A DNA stretch of 62,622 bases from a virus (taxonomy: Duplodnaviria; Caudoviricetes): positions 1-62,622 of the IMG/VR virus record IMGVR_UViG_3300048672_000233; one strand, 5' to 3'. Each line of letters begins with the position of its first letter. The first letter of the stretch is position 1. Made by a program: the position numbers and the translations under genes. Under the pieces are notes generated by a model. The model saw only the letters and a program-made list of their open reading frames with translations. It had not been told where the DNA came from and made no database searches. This document shows, piece by piece, positions 54,050-62,622 of this stretch.

Positions 54050-56161
54050 ATGCTGAAAAAGATAACCCTGAAAAGTGGCGTAAATCTCGAAAATACCAGC
54101 TACTCTTTAGAGGGCGGCTGGTATGCGTGTGATAAGATTCGCTTTCGCCAAGGCACGCCACAAAAGATAGGCGGGTGGAATAAGATTTCCAGTGCTATTT
54201 ATGAAGGCACATGCCGTTCACTGTGGACATGGGAGACGCTTGCTTATGTAAATCTCATCGGTGTGGGTACAAATATCAAGTTTTATGTGTCGCGTGGTGG
54301 GTTGTATTACGACATTACACCTGTAAGATATTCTCAAGCATTGAGCGCAGCCTTTATAGCGACGAATGGGTCAAAGACACTTACAGTCACCGCCGCAGGG
54401 CATGGGTGTCTTACAGGTGATACCGTTACTTTCGATGGCGTAGCCGCGTTAGGCGGCGCGCTAACATCAAGTGTTATTAACACTACATTTAAAGTAACTG
54501 TCACCAGTTCAAATACCTTCACAGTACAAGCAAGTGTAGCCGCCAACGGCGCAGACACAGGAACAGGAGGTAGCGCAGCGCGAGCTGTGTACACACTAAA
54601 TGTAGGTTCAGATTACCAAGCACCGAGCAGTGGTTGGGGCGCAGGAGCTTGGGGCGCAGGAGCTTGGGGTACTGGTACGGCTTCAACTGCGAATATACGT
54701 CTGTGGGCGCAGAGCAACTACGGGCAGGATTTGATTTTCGGGTATCGCGGTGGAGCTGTCTTTTATTGGTATGCAAATCGCGGCGTAACATCAAGCCCTG
54801 TAACGCTATCTATTGCTACTCCCGCTGTACTGACGGTACCTAGCGCATCGCTTATTACGGAAGGCGCACCTGTGATATTTGAAACTACAGGCGCACTCCC
54901 TACAGGTGTGGATACTGGCACGACATACTACGCTCGCAATTACAACAGCTTAACAGGTCAAGCCAACTTATCTGCTACACCTACAGGCGCACTCATTAAT
55001 ACCACAGGAACACAACTAGGCACGCATTATTTGTCTTATCGCGCTGTGAATCTATCCACTATCGCGGGTGCGTCGGACGTACCTGTTATTCAAAATTACC
55101 TTTATGTATCTGATTTATACCGCTTTGTGTTTGCTTTTGGTTGCAACGACTATGGGTCAACCACCCAAGACCCCCTTTTAATTCGCTGGTCTGACCAAGA
55201 GAACGCGGCTGATTGGACAACGCGAACTACTAACCAAGCAGGGTCACTGAAATTAACCCGCGGCTCACAGATTGTCACCTGCCAACAAACCCGCCAAGAG
55301 ATTGTAGTTTTCACGGATTCCGCTGTGTACGCTATGCAGTATTTAGGCTACCCCCTTGTATGGAATGCACAACTTATTGGGGACAATATCTCGACAGTAA
55401 GCCAGAATGCCGTATGCGTAGCTTCGGGTGTCGTGTACTGGATGGGAAAAGATAAGTTCTATATTTACGATGGGCGTGTACAGACATTAGAGTGTGATTT
55501 GCGCCAATACATCTTCTCAGACATCAACACCAGCCAGCTAGACCAATGTTTCGCAGGTACTAACGAAGGCTTTAATGAAGTATGGTGGTTCTATTGCTCG
55601 GCAGATGCTAGTTCAAACGACCGTTATGTTATCTATAATTACGCCGAGAAGATTTGGTATTATGGCACGATGGCGCGTAGCGCATGGCTTGATAGCGGCA
55701 TTTTATCTAAACCTCTCGCAGCTACCTATATAAACAACTTAGTAAGCCACGAAGATGGTGTTGACGATTACTCAAGCACGTCCCCCGCAGCCATATATTC
55801 CTATATTGAATCCTCTGAAATTGATATGGAAGATGGGGATAGCTACGTCTTTATCCGCCGTGTATTACCAGACTTTAATTTTAGCGGTTCAACCCTAACC
55901 AACCCCTCAGTTACACTTACTATATCCCCGATGCTCAATTCAGGGTCAGGGTACAAAAGTCCCATGTCTGTAGGTGGTGTAGCCAACGCAAACATCGCAC
56001 GCAGCGCGACAGTACCTATCGAAGCCTTTACTGGTCAGGTGTATATTCGCGTCAGAGGTAGACAGTTCACACTTAAAATCGAAAACAACGAGCTTGGGGC
56101 GCAGTGGCAAAGCGGAGCGCACCGTATTGATATACAGCCTGATGGTACACGGGGAACATAA
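54050..56161 (+). CDS. Tail nozzle/packaged-DNA stabilisation protein (tubular protein B-like)
   Basis: About 703 aa, beta-rich; IRFRQGTPQKIGGW, IRWSDQEN, EVWWFY, RVRGRQ. Confidence 0.7.
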   Translation: MLKKITLKSGVNLENTSYSLEGGWYACDKIRFRQGTPQKIGGWNKISSAIYEGTCRSLWTWETLAYVNLIGVGTNIKFYVSRGGLYYDITPVRYSQALSAAFIATNGSKTLTVTAAGHGCLTGDTVTFDGVAALGGALTSSVINTTFKVTVTSSNTFTVQASVAANGADTGTGGSAARAVYTLNVGSDYQAPSSGWGAGAWGAGAWGTGTASTANIRLWAQSNYGQDLIFGYRGGAVFYWYANRGVTSSPVTLSIATPAVLTVPSASLITEGAPVIFETTGALPTGVDTGTTYYARNYNSLTGQANLSATPTGALINTTGTQLGTHYLSYRAVNLSTIAGASDVPVIQNYLYVSDLYRFVFAFGCNDYGSTTQDPLLIRWSDQENAADWTTRTTNQAGSLKLTRGSQIVTCQQTRQEIVVFTDSAVYAMQYLGYPLVWNAQLIGDNISTVSQNAVCVASGVVYWMGKDKFYIYDGRVQTLECDLRQYIFSDINTSQLDQCFAGTNEGFNEVWWFYCSADASSNDRYVIYNYAEKIWYYGTMARSAWLDSGILSKPLAATYINNLVSHEDGVDDYSSTSPAAIYSYIESSEIDMEDGDSYVFIRRVLPDFNFSGSTLTNPSVTLTISPMLNSGSGYKSPMSVGGVANANIARSATVPIEAFTGQVYIRVRGRQFTLKIENNELGAQWQSGAHRIDIQPDGTRGT

Positions 56162-56721
56162 TGGCTAATGATATTAGACCTCCTAAAGCCCCTAACCTCC
56201 CCCTAGCCCCAGCCGACTACGTTAGGTCGTATTTCGACCAGTTTGCTAACATATTGCGTATGTATTTCAACCAACTAGACGGCTACAATACCATCACAAA
56301 CTCGGCTATAGGCAACTTCCAAGCGCGAACTACTCAGACACTAGTAGGAGCTAATACGGCTAAGTTAGTATCACTTGATATGGTACTTGAATCCCTAGGG
56401 GTGAACTTAGACACAGCGACATATCGAATGTCTGTCATGCAGTCAGGAAGGTATTTGTTTGTGTTTGATGTTCCTAGTAGCGTAGGGGGCTGGGGTGGCG
56501 GGGCTGGACGGTACTTTTGGTTTAGACTTAATGGGGTAGATATTGTAGAATCCACGCATATTATGTCAGGCAGTTGCATGATTAACCTAACACCCACAGA
56601 TTACGTCGAACTTTATTGGGCTTCAACCAGCGCAACAGACACGATATCACCCACTGCGGCTACTGGATTCTGTCCTGCAATGCCCGCTATCAACATCAAT
56701 ATAACCTTTGTAAGCACATGA
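56161..56721 (+). CDS. Virion-module protein
   Basis: APNLPLAP..Y...LRMYFNQLD N-terminus; beta-sandwich-like C-terminus. Confidence 0.55.
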   Translation: MANDIRPPKAPNLPLAPADYVRSYFDQFANILRMYFNQLDGYNTITNSAIGNFQARTTQTLVGANTAKLVSLDMVLESLGVNLDTATYRMSVMQSGRYLFVFDVPSSVGGWGGGAGRYFWFRLNGVDIVESTHIMSGSCMINLTPTDYVELYWASTSATDTISPTAATGFCPAMPAININITFVST

Positions 56722-57143
56722 CAGACCTTGTACCTGATATTGATTTTAGACCTCAAATCGAAGCCTATGAGCAGGTGGCTATAGGCTACACACAGACAGA
56801 AAGCGAAGCCTTACACTATGTCATCAACGGGGTATATGCACGAGCTGTATTTATACCCGCAGGGCAGCTCGTTACAGGTAAGATTCACAAACACGAGAGT
56901 ATAGGGATTCTAGCTCAAGGCACCATGCGGGTCACTAACGGAGCGGATTCAGTAAAGTTAATCAGCGCACCTTACATCGCGGTTGAGCAACCAGGAATAA
57001 AACGTATGGTTTACACAGAAACAGATTGTACCTTTATCACAGTTCACAGAACTGACCGAACAGAAATACAAGACATTGAGGATGAGTTAGTGTGCAATAC
57101 ATTAGCCGACTACGAACAACATAGAATAGAGGTATTATCATGA
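56718..57143 (+). CDS. Cupin-fold protein
   Basis: GVYARAVFIPAG..VTGKIHKHE...PGIKR...FITVH. Confidence 0.6.
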   Translation: MTDLVPDIDFRPQIEAYEQVAIGYTQTESEALHYVINGVYARAVFIPAGQLVTGKIHKHESIGILAQGTMRVTNGADSVKLISAPYIAVEQPGIKRMVYTETDCTFITVHRTDRTEIQDIEDELVCNTLADYEQHRIEVLS

Positions 57144-58435
57144 GTTTTATTGCTAGTATGGTATCAGCGGCTATTGCGGCGGAAATCGGCGCAGGGGCTT
57201 TAGCTACTATGGGTGGCATCGCTGCTACGGGCGCAGCGGGCGCAGGTTTAGGTGCGGGTATCGGAGCTTTAACAGGCGGAGATATTGGTGAAGGCGCATT
57301 GATGGGTGGTATTGGTGGTGCGTTAGGCGGCGCAGGGGCGCTAGCTGGCGGGGCTACTGCGGGTGCTGGAGCTATTGGTTTAACCTCAGAAGGTGGGGCG
57401 TTGGCGTCCGCGCCAGTAGCCGCAGGGTCCGCAGCATCCGTAACGCCTACAGCCCTAGCAAATGCAGCTCCTATAGTTGAGGGGGCTACTGTAGCTCCTG
57501 TAGGGGCATCAGCTATAACACCGTCGGGTTTATCAATGCTCGCCCCTACAGGGGAAGTAGCCAGCAGCGCAGGAAATGTCATGGCGCAAGGGGCAAACGT
57601 AATAACCCCAACATTTAGTACAGGTAGCCCGTTGGTAGCACAAGGTGCATTGGGTCAAGTAGCAACTCAAGGCGCAGCCGAGAGCTTACCTCTAGGTCAA
57701 CAAGCGATGAATGCTATGGGAGCTACACCAGGCTCGGCGATGTCACAATATGGTGGTAGTGCGCTTCAAGGCGCAGCAGGAAGTATGGGTATCCAAGGTA
57801 TTTCTAATGCTGTAACAGGCAGACCAATTACTGAAGGTATGGGCGTAGCAGGTGTAGCAGGCGGTGTAGGTGGCGCAGCTACTCAAGGTTTGGCTGGTCA
57901 AGCAGGCAGTGAAGGTATGATGGGTAAGATAGGGCAATTTGCTAAAGACAACCCCCTGATGACAGCAGGGGGTATAGGGTTACTGGCTACGCCTGTCGTA
58001 AATAGTATGTTTAATGGTTCAGAAGATACCTCAAACCAACCGTCAGACAATATCAAAGCGGACTCACGTTGGAACGCCGCAGCCTACAAACGCCCTACAC
58101 TTCGTACACAGTTCGCCCACGGGGGTGATGTACCAGCAAGCGGGATTTCGACACTAGGTAGTTATTCAGATGGCGGGCGATTACTAAAAGGTCCGGGTGA
58201 CGGCGTTTCCGATTCAATCCCTGCTGTTATAGGGGGGAAAGAACCCGCACGTTTAGCTGAAGGCGAGTTTGTAGTCCCTGCACGGATTGTGTCTGAACTA
58301 GGGAACGGCTCGACAGATGCAGGAGCTAAACAACTTTACGCCATGATGGATAGAATACAGGGCGCACGCCACAAAACGATGGGCAAAGGGCAGTTCTCAG
58401 AAAACACCCACGCCGCACGCCAGCTACCTGCATAG
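57140..58435 (+). CDS. Gly/Ala-rich putative ejection protein
   Basis: Hydrophobic glycine-zipper N-terminus; FAHGG...YSDGG...GPGDGVSDSIPA...LAEGEFVVPA. Confidence 0.7.
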   Translation: MSFIASMVSAAIAAEIGAGALATMGGIAATGAAGAGLGAGIGALTGGDIGEGALMGGIGGALGGAGALAGGATAGAGAIGLTSEGGALASAPVAAGSAASVTPTALANAAPIVEGATVAPVGASAITPSGLSMLAPTGEVASSAGNVMAQGANVITPTFSTGSPLVAQGALGQVATQGAAESLPLGQQAMNAMGATPGSAMSQYGGSALQGAAGSMGIQGISNAVTGRPITEGMGVAGVAGGVGGAATQGLAGQAGSEGMMGKIGQFAKDNPLMTAGGIGLLATPVVNSMFNGSEDTSNQPSDNIKADSRWNAAAYKRPTLRTQFAHGGDVPASGISTLGSYSDGGRLLKGPGDGVSDSIPAVIGGKEPARLAEGEFVVPARIVSELGNGSTDAGAKQLYAMMDRIQGARHKTMGKGQFSENTHAARQLPA

Positions 58436-58444
58436 GAGAAATAC

Positions 58445-60691
58445 ATGGCGCTTACCGATGCACAACAATCCGAAGTAACCCGACTAATAGCCGCTTTTAA
58501 AGATAAAAATGTTACTACAGCAGACACAGCTAAAGCAGATGTAGAAGGTAATACAGATAACTGGAAGATGATTGACCCCGATGTTATCCAAGCAATCTAT
58601 GACCAGATTGAAAACGGTGGGACAAAAAAAGACATACTAGGTAGTTCTAGTTACAAACCCGCTATACCTAAAGTGAATTTTGGTACGTCAAACTTCGCGG
58701 GTACAACTACGGGAACTACGGGAACTACGGGAACTACGGGAACTACGGGAACTACGGGAACTACGGGAACTACGGGAACTACGGTAGTCACGCACGATAA
58801 CTCTAGTAAAGAAACCAAAAAACCTGATAATGTTTACCCTGTAGATTTAGGGATAGACCCCCAAAGTGTAATTCGCCAGATTATAGGTCTACTACGCGCT
58901 CAAGGGGGCGATACTCTCTCGTCTGCTGACAAAGCTAAAAGTGCTATCGAAGCTATGGCTAAGTCAGAAACAGGGGTAGACTACAGACCCTTTATAAAAG
59001 CCAACGCTGACTTATGGCGTAGGGAATTAGTAACCGAATTACCTGATAACTCACTCGCTGATTCTAAACAAGCCGCCGCAGTAAACGCGGCTTTTGACTT
59101 ACCCTCGACAGGAACAGACGCAACAGCTGCAAACGAAGCCGCAGCTAAAAAAGCAGCCGACGAAGCCGCAGCTAAAAAAGCAGCCGACGAAGCCGCAGCT
59201 AAAAAAGCAGCCGACGAAGCCGCAGCTGAAAAAGCAGCCGACGAAGCCGCAGCTAAAAAAGCAGCCGACGAAGCCGCAGCTAAACCCCCTGATTTAACCA
59301 ACCCGTTTGTGGCAGCTACAGAAGCTAGAAAAGCACGCGCGATGTCTGACGCAGGTAAAACATTTGTCCCGCCTGTCATGATGGCGGCGGATACCGCCGC
59401 CATAACTAAAGCAAAAACGGATAACCCTTGGAGCGCAGAGCAGTTAAAGCAAGACGCCCTAGATGCTGTAGACAAACCCCTATTCAATCCGTATGCGAAA
59501 AACAAAGGTTACGTTTCTTCAGGTAACACGGCTATTGACGCAATGAATGACGCTAGAGCCGCCGCAGCGAAAACACCCGACACAGGTATCGCAAAACTAG
59601 CCGCGCAGGTAGCCGAGGTAAAAGAATCCCCTTTAACCAAACCAGAGTCTATCGCTACGCCACCAACCGCGCCGTATAGATTAACTGGTCCTGATGGACT
59701 GCCTATAAACTCAAACCCTGTACAAGTACCAACAGGTAATGACGTAGGTCAACCAGAGTTTCCAAAAATAACGCCTGTGCAGGGTGGTGTACCCCTTGAC
59801 CAACAAGGAATTGCTGGTCTATCCCCGCAGCAGCTAACCCCTCAACAGCAAGGCATGGCGAATATGTTACTCGGTGGGGATTATATAGACCCAGATACCC
59901 GACAAGCACTGCTCACAGCAGGTAGAGCTGATGACCCCCGTATTGCTCAAGCATTAGCCGCGTCTATCCAGGTAGAGCAGCAGATATTAAATGGTGGGCA
60001 ACCAACGATAACAGCACATGGAGGGCGTAGCATGGAAGCCCCAGTAGGGCAAACCCGTACACAAGCACCACAGGTAAACTCACCTATTACGTTACCTCCT
60101 GTCGCGGGTCAGCCTGTTACAGAGCAACGTGTACCTGACTACATGAAAGCCCCTGTGGCTAAAGAGAACCCAAGAGGTCCATACCAGTTAGCACCTGTAG
60201 CACCAGCAGCGATACCTGAGTTCAACACATGGGCTACTATGCAGTCTAACCAGCCAAACATGGCTAACTATGGAACACCCGAACAGATAGCAGCGCAGCA
60301 GCAGAAAGACGCAGCAGCGTATCACGCATATATACAAGGCTTGAACGACACGCACATCGCTAATACACAGGGCAGTAGCCAGACAGTAGGCATTGCTGGG
60401 CTTACTCAGGGTAGGGCTATAGACCAGACAGTAGCTAACAACCCACAAACCAACAACGTAGCAACAGTGGTAAGTCAACACCCGCAATTCCCTAATAATA
60501 TGAGTACACAGTTTACCCAAGCTATCCCTGACTACGCTACACAGCAAGCCTTAGCCCAACCTGCGATAGACGCAGAAAACGCGCGTGTGGCTCAGATTAT
60601 AGCCACGCAGCAGGGCGGTATATCCCAATTAGTAACCAACCCGAATGGAACTAAACCCCCTGCGCCGTTGACTAACTTGGTAGTGCGATGA
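58445..60691 (+). CDS. Low-complexity putative internal virion protein with tandem repeats
   Basis: 748 aa; (GTT)8 and (DEAAAKKAA)5 repeats; AGGAG RBS. Confidence 0.65.
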   Translation: MALTDAQQSEVTRLIAAFKDKNVTTADTAKADVEGNTDNWKMIDPDVIQAIYDQIENGGTKKDILGSSSYKPAIPKVNFGTSNFAGTTTGTTGTTGTTGTTGTTGTTGTTGTTVVTHDNSSKETKKPDNVYPVDLGIDPQSVIRQIIGLLRAQGGDTLSSADKAKSAIEAMAKSETGVDYRPFIKANADLWRRELVTELPDNSLADSKQAAAVNAAFDLPSTGTDATAANEAAAKKAADEAAAKKAADEAAAKKAADEAAAEKAADEAAAKKAADEAAAKPPDLTNPFVAATEARKARAMSDAGKTFVPPVMMAADTAAITKAKTDNPWSAEQLKQDALDAVDKPLFNPYAKNKGYVSSGNTAIDAMNDARAAAAKTPDTGIAKLAAQVAEVKESPLTKPESIATPPTAPYRLTGPDGLPINSNPVQVPTGNDVGQPEFPKITPVQGGVPLDQQGIAGLSPQQLTPQQQGMANMLLGGDYIDPDTRQALLTAGRADDPRIAQALAASIQVEQQILNGGQPTITAHGGRSMEAPVGQTRTQAPQVNSPITLPPVAGQPVTEQRVPDYMKAPVAKENPRGPYQLAPVAPAAIPEFNTWATMQSNQPNMANYGTPEQIAAQQQKDAAAYHAYIQGLNDTHIANTQGSSQTVGIAGLTQGRAIDQTVANNPQTNNVATVVSQHPQFPNNMSTQFTQAIPDYATQQALAQPAIDAENARVAQIIATQQGGISQLVTNPNGTKPPAPLTNLVVR
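58705..58784. repeat. 9-bp tandem repeat AACTACGGG x8.9
   Basis: Perfect in-frame repeat. Confidence 0.95.
59133..59284. repeat. 27-bp tandem repeat x5.6
   Basis: ACGAAGCCGCAGCTAAAAAAGCAGCCG units; one A>G variant. Confidence 0.95.
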
Positions 60692-61107
60692 AAGTATTAC
60701 CTATAAAACGAGAACATATATGCCATGTATGGGATAGGGTTGAAGCTCAAGTAGCTAAAGCCCTTGAGTTAGGTATGATGACGGATATGCCTGAGTTTAC
60801 TGTTGATGATGTTCACCAGCGAGTGCTTGAAGGCACATGGGAGCTTATGGTTATTATAGATGAGCAAGGACATATACACGGGTCGGGGGTTATGAGTTAT
60901 ACGGACTACCCTCTAGCGCGTATAGCCCACGTTGTTACAATGGCAGGTAAAGGTATATGCAAGCCAGAATTATTGCTACAATTCAAAGAAATACTAAAGA
61001 TGCGTGGAGCTACTAAGATACAAGGTTTTGATAGACCCTCTATGGTTAGATTGCTCAAACGCTTTGGGTTAAAACCCCGTTACACTCTCATGGAAACCGA
61101 CTTATGA
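60688..61107 (+). CDS. GNAT-like fold protein among the ejection genes
   Basis: 139 aa; HVVTMAGKG...GATKIQG..RPSMVRLLKRFG pattern. Confidence 0.5.
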   Translation: MKVLPIKREHICHVWDRVEAQVAKALELGMMTDMPEFTVDDVHQRVLEGTWELMVIIDEQGHIHGSGVMSYTDYPLARIAHVVTMAGKGICKPELLLQFKEILKMRGATKIQGFDRPSMVRLLKRFGLKPRYTLMETDL

Positions 61108-62622
61108 AACTATATGAACGCGCAGTAAAATTTCTATGCCCAACATTCTACGGTGGCGGTGGTGGAGGTAACACAACCTCAACAGGTACACAAACGGTGT
61201 ACCAACGCAACATACCACCAGAGCTAAAACCCTACTACGAGTTGCTGTTAAACGCGTCTATGAAACAGGCATTTACCTCGTCGGGCAATCCAGACCCAAA
61301 CCCTACACCAATTATTAACACCCACCCACAAAATCGTACGCTTGAGCAAAACATGGGGGCTTATGGCGGAGCTAACCCCACAGCTCTGGGGGCATTAAGT
61401 AAGACTAGAGCCTATAAAGATGGTGGCGCGGTTAAAGGCTACAAAGCTGCTGGGGAAATCAGTCTAAGTGGGAACACCGCCGCGCAGTCTACGGGTTTTG
61501 ACCCAAACATTAGTATTAGTGACACAGCCGCTAATACAGTCGCAGATAAAGCAGGTGTTGCAAGCTCTGACGTGACAGGCATGTTCAATTATGTCCCTTT
61601 TGGTGAAGATTCTACGGGGGCTATTAACTATAACGACTATGTAGCAAATTTTAGTGCGCCACAACAGGCAGCTATCCAAGACACGCTGAACCTACAAGTC
61701 CCCTATATGGAGGATGCTAAACTAGGTGCATTAAACGCAGGAACACAATACCAACAAACGGCGGACACCGCTGGCACAGCGTTTAATCAAGGGCAATCGT
61801 TAGGGTCAACTGCACTTACATCAGGGGCTATTGGTCAGCAGTCGGGGCTTACGGGTCAAGACATTGGGGTTTCAGGCGGCGCGTTGTATGGTAAAGCTGG
61901 GGCTAACGCAGGGCAATATGGTCAAGATTTAGGTGTATCAGGCGGTGCGAAATACGGTCAGCTTGGCGCGGATTATGGTGCTAATGCGGCTAACTTAGGG
62001 GTTATGTCAGGTGAATTAGGGGTAAATGCGGGTTCGTCTGTCAACGCTGCGGGCATGGACTTAGCAAATCGTGGGGCGTTAAGTGGTCAGCAGTATGAAA
62101 ATAAGGCGACCAGCGCGGATACTGTCCAAGCCTACATGAACCCCTATTTAAAACAATCCCTTCAGCCGCAACTTGACTTACTACAACAACAAAATGACAT
62201 CACGAAACAGAAAAATAACTCTGCCGCCGCCCAGGCATCTGCTTATGGCGGGTCGCGTCAAGCAGTTCAAAACGCCCTTAGCGACCAAGGTAACGCGCTA
62301 TCAACCGCCAACTTATTAGGTCAAGGTTACAACCAAGCCTACAACACTGCACAGAACAACATCCTGCAAGGTAGTCAACTAGGTCAAGCGGGGTTAGGGT
62401 TAGCTAATCAGTCTTTAGGCACCGCGCTTCAAGGTACGCAGACAGGGTTATCAGGACTTAACCAAGCTATCAGTGGTCAACAGGCAGGTATGCAAGGCGC
62501 AGGGATTGGTTTGCAGGGTGTTAATACGGCACTGAGTGGCACAGCGCAGAATATGCAGGGGGCAGGGATTGGTTTGCAAGGTGTAGGTACCGCGCTTCAA
62601 GGTACAGCTCAAGGAATGCAGG
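61104..62622 (+). CDS. N-terminal part of the putative ejection protein continuing into 1-704 (about 672 aa joined)
   Basis: ATGA overlap with the previous stop; no in-frame stop to the window end; GGGGGG N-terminus, YMNPY and AYGGSRQ motifs; absent from the ORF track because it runs off the end. Confidence 0.8.
   Translation, partial: MKLYERAVKFLCPTFYGGGGGGNTTSTGTQTVYQRNIPPELKPYYELLLNASMKQAFTSSGNPDPNPTPIINTHPQNRTLEQNMGAYGGANPTALGALSKTRAYKDGGAVKGYKAAGEISLSGNTAAQSTGFDPNISISDTAANTVADKAGVASSDVTGMFNYVPFGEDSTGAINYNDYVANFSAPQQAAIQDTLNLQVPYMEDAKLGALNAGTQYQQTADTAGTAFNQGQSLGSTALTSGAIGQQSGLTGQDIGVSGGALYGKAGANAGQYGQDLGVSGGAKYGQLGADYGANAANLGVMSGELGVNAGSSVNAAGMDLANRGALSGQQYENKATSADTVQAYMNPYLKQSLQPQLDLLQQQNDITKQKNNSAAAQASAYGGSRQAVQNALSDQGNALSTANLLGQGYNQAYNTAQNNILQGSQLGQAGLGLANQSLGTALQGTQTGLSGLNQAISGQQAGMQGAGIGLQGVNTALSGTAQNMQGAGIGLQGVGTALQGTAQGMQ
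62419..62622. repeat. Terminal direct repeat, right copy
   Basis: Matches 1-204 with one mismatch. Confidence 0.95.

Noticed and set aside
1-62622. Alternative genetic code or stop-codon reassignment
   Set aside because: Genes pack tightly under the standard code and end on TAA, TAG and TGA.

Overview
The window is a near-complete or complete tailed-phage genome of about 62.4 kb. Bases 62419-62622 repeat bases 1-204 with one mismatch, and one virion gene runs across that junction. There are two arms. The + strand arm (31.3 kb to the end, continuing to 8.27 kb) encodes terminase, portal, GroES, scaffold, a major capsid protein, tail and fibre proteins, holin/lysozyme and large putative ejection proteins; the layout is podovirus-like, with no recognisable tape measure or sheath. 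The - strand arm (30.1 to 8.3 kb) encodes early genes, VRR-NUC nuclease, ATP-dependent ligase, PolA, MazG, exonuclease, C5-methyltransferase, SNF2 helicase, primase-helicase, ThyX and an antirepressor. The arms diverge from a repeat-rich, origin-like gap (30.1-31.3 kb) and converge on a bidirectional terminator (about 8.28 kb). Three inteins are present: two in TerL (one of them class 3) and one in the helicase. The most striking feature is the second TerL intein. It has no in-frame endonuclease; instead a complete HNH/zinc-ribbon endonuclease gene with its own Shine-Dalgarno site is overprinted in another reading frame, at the position where an intein homing endonuclease normally sits. Other notable items are two tandem promoter/kissing-loop RNA/terminator cassettes upstream of the antirepressor, a perfect 33-bp palindrome inside a KilA-N gene, a pseudoknotted leader downstream of the capsid gene, and a paired [MYFH][AKS]xGG motif shared by several virion proteins. 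All family assignments come from motif recognition by eye; no database search was run. No CRISPR array, tRNA, rRNA, integrase or reverse transcriptase was recognised.
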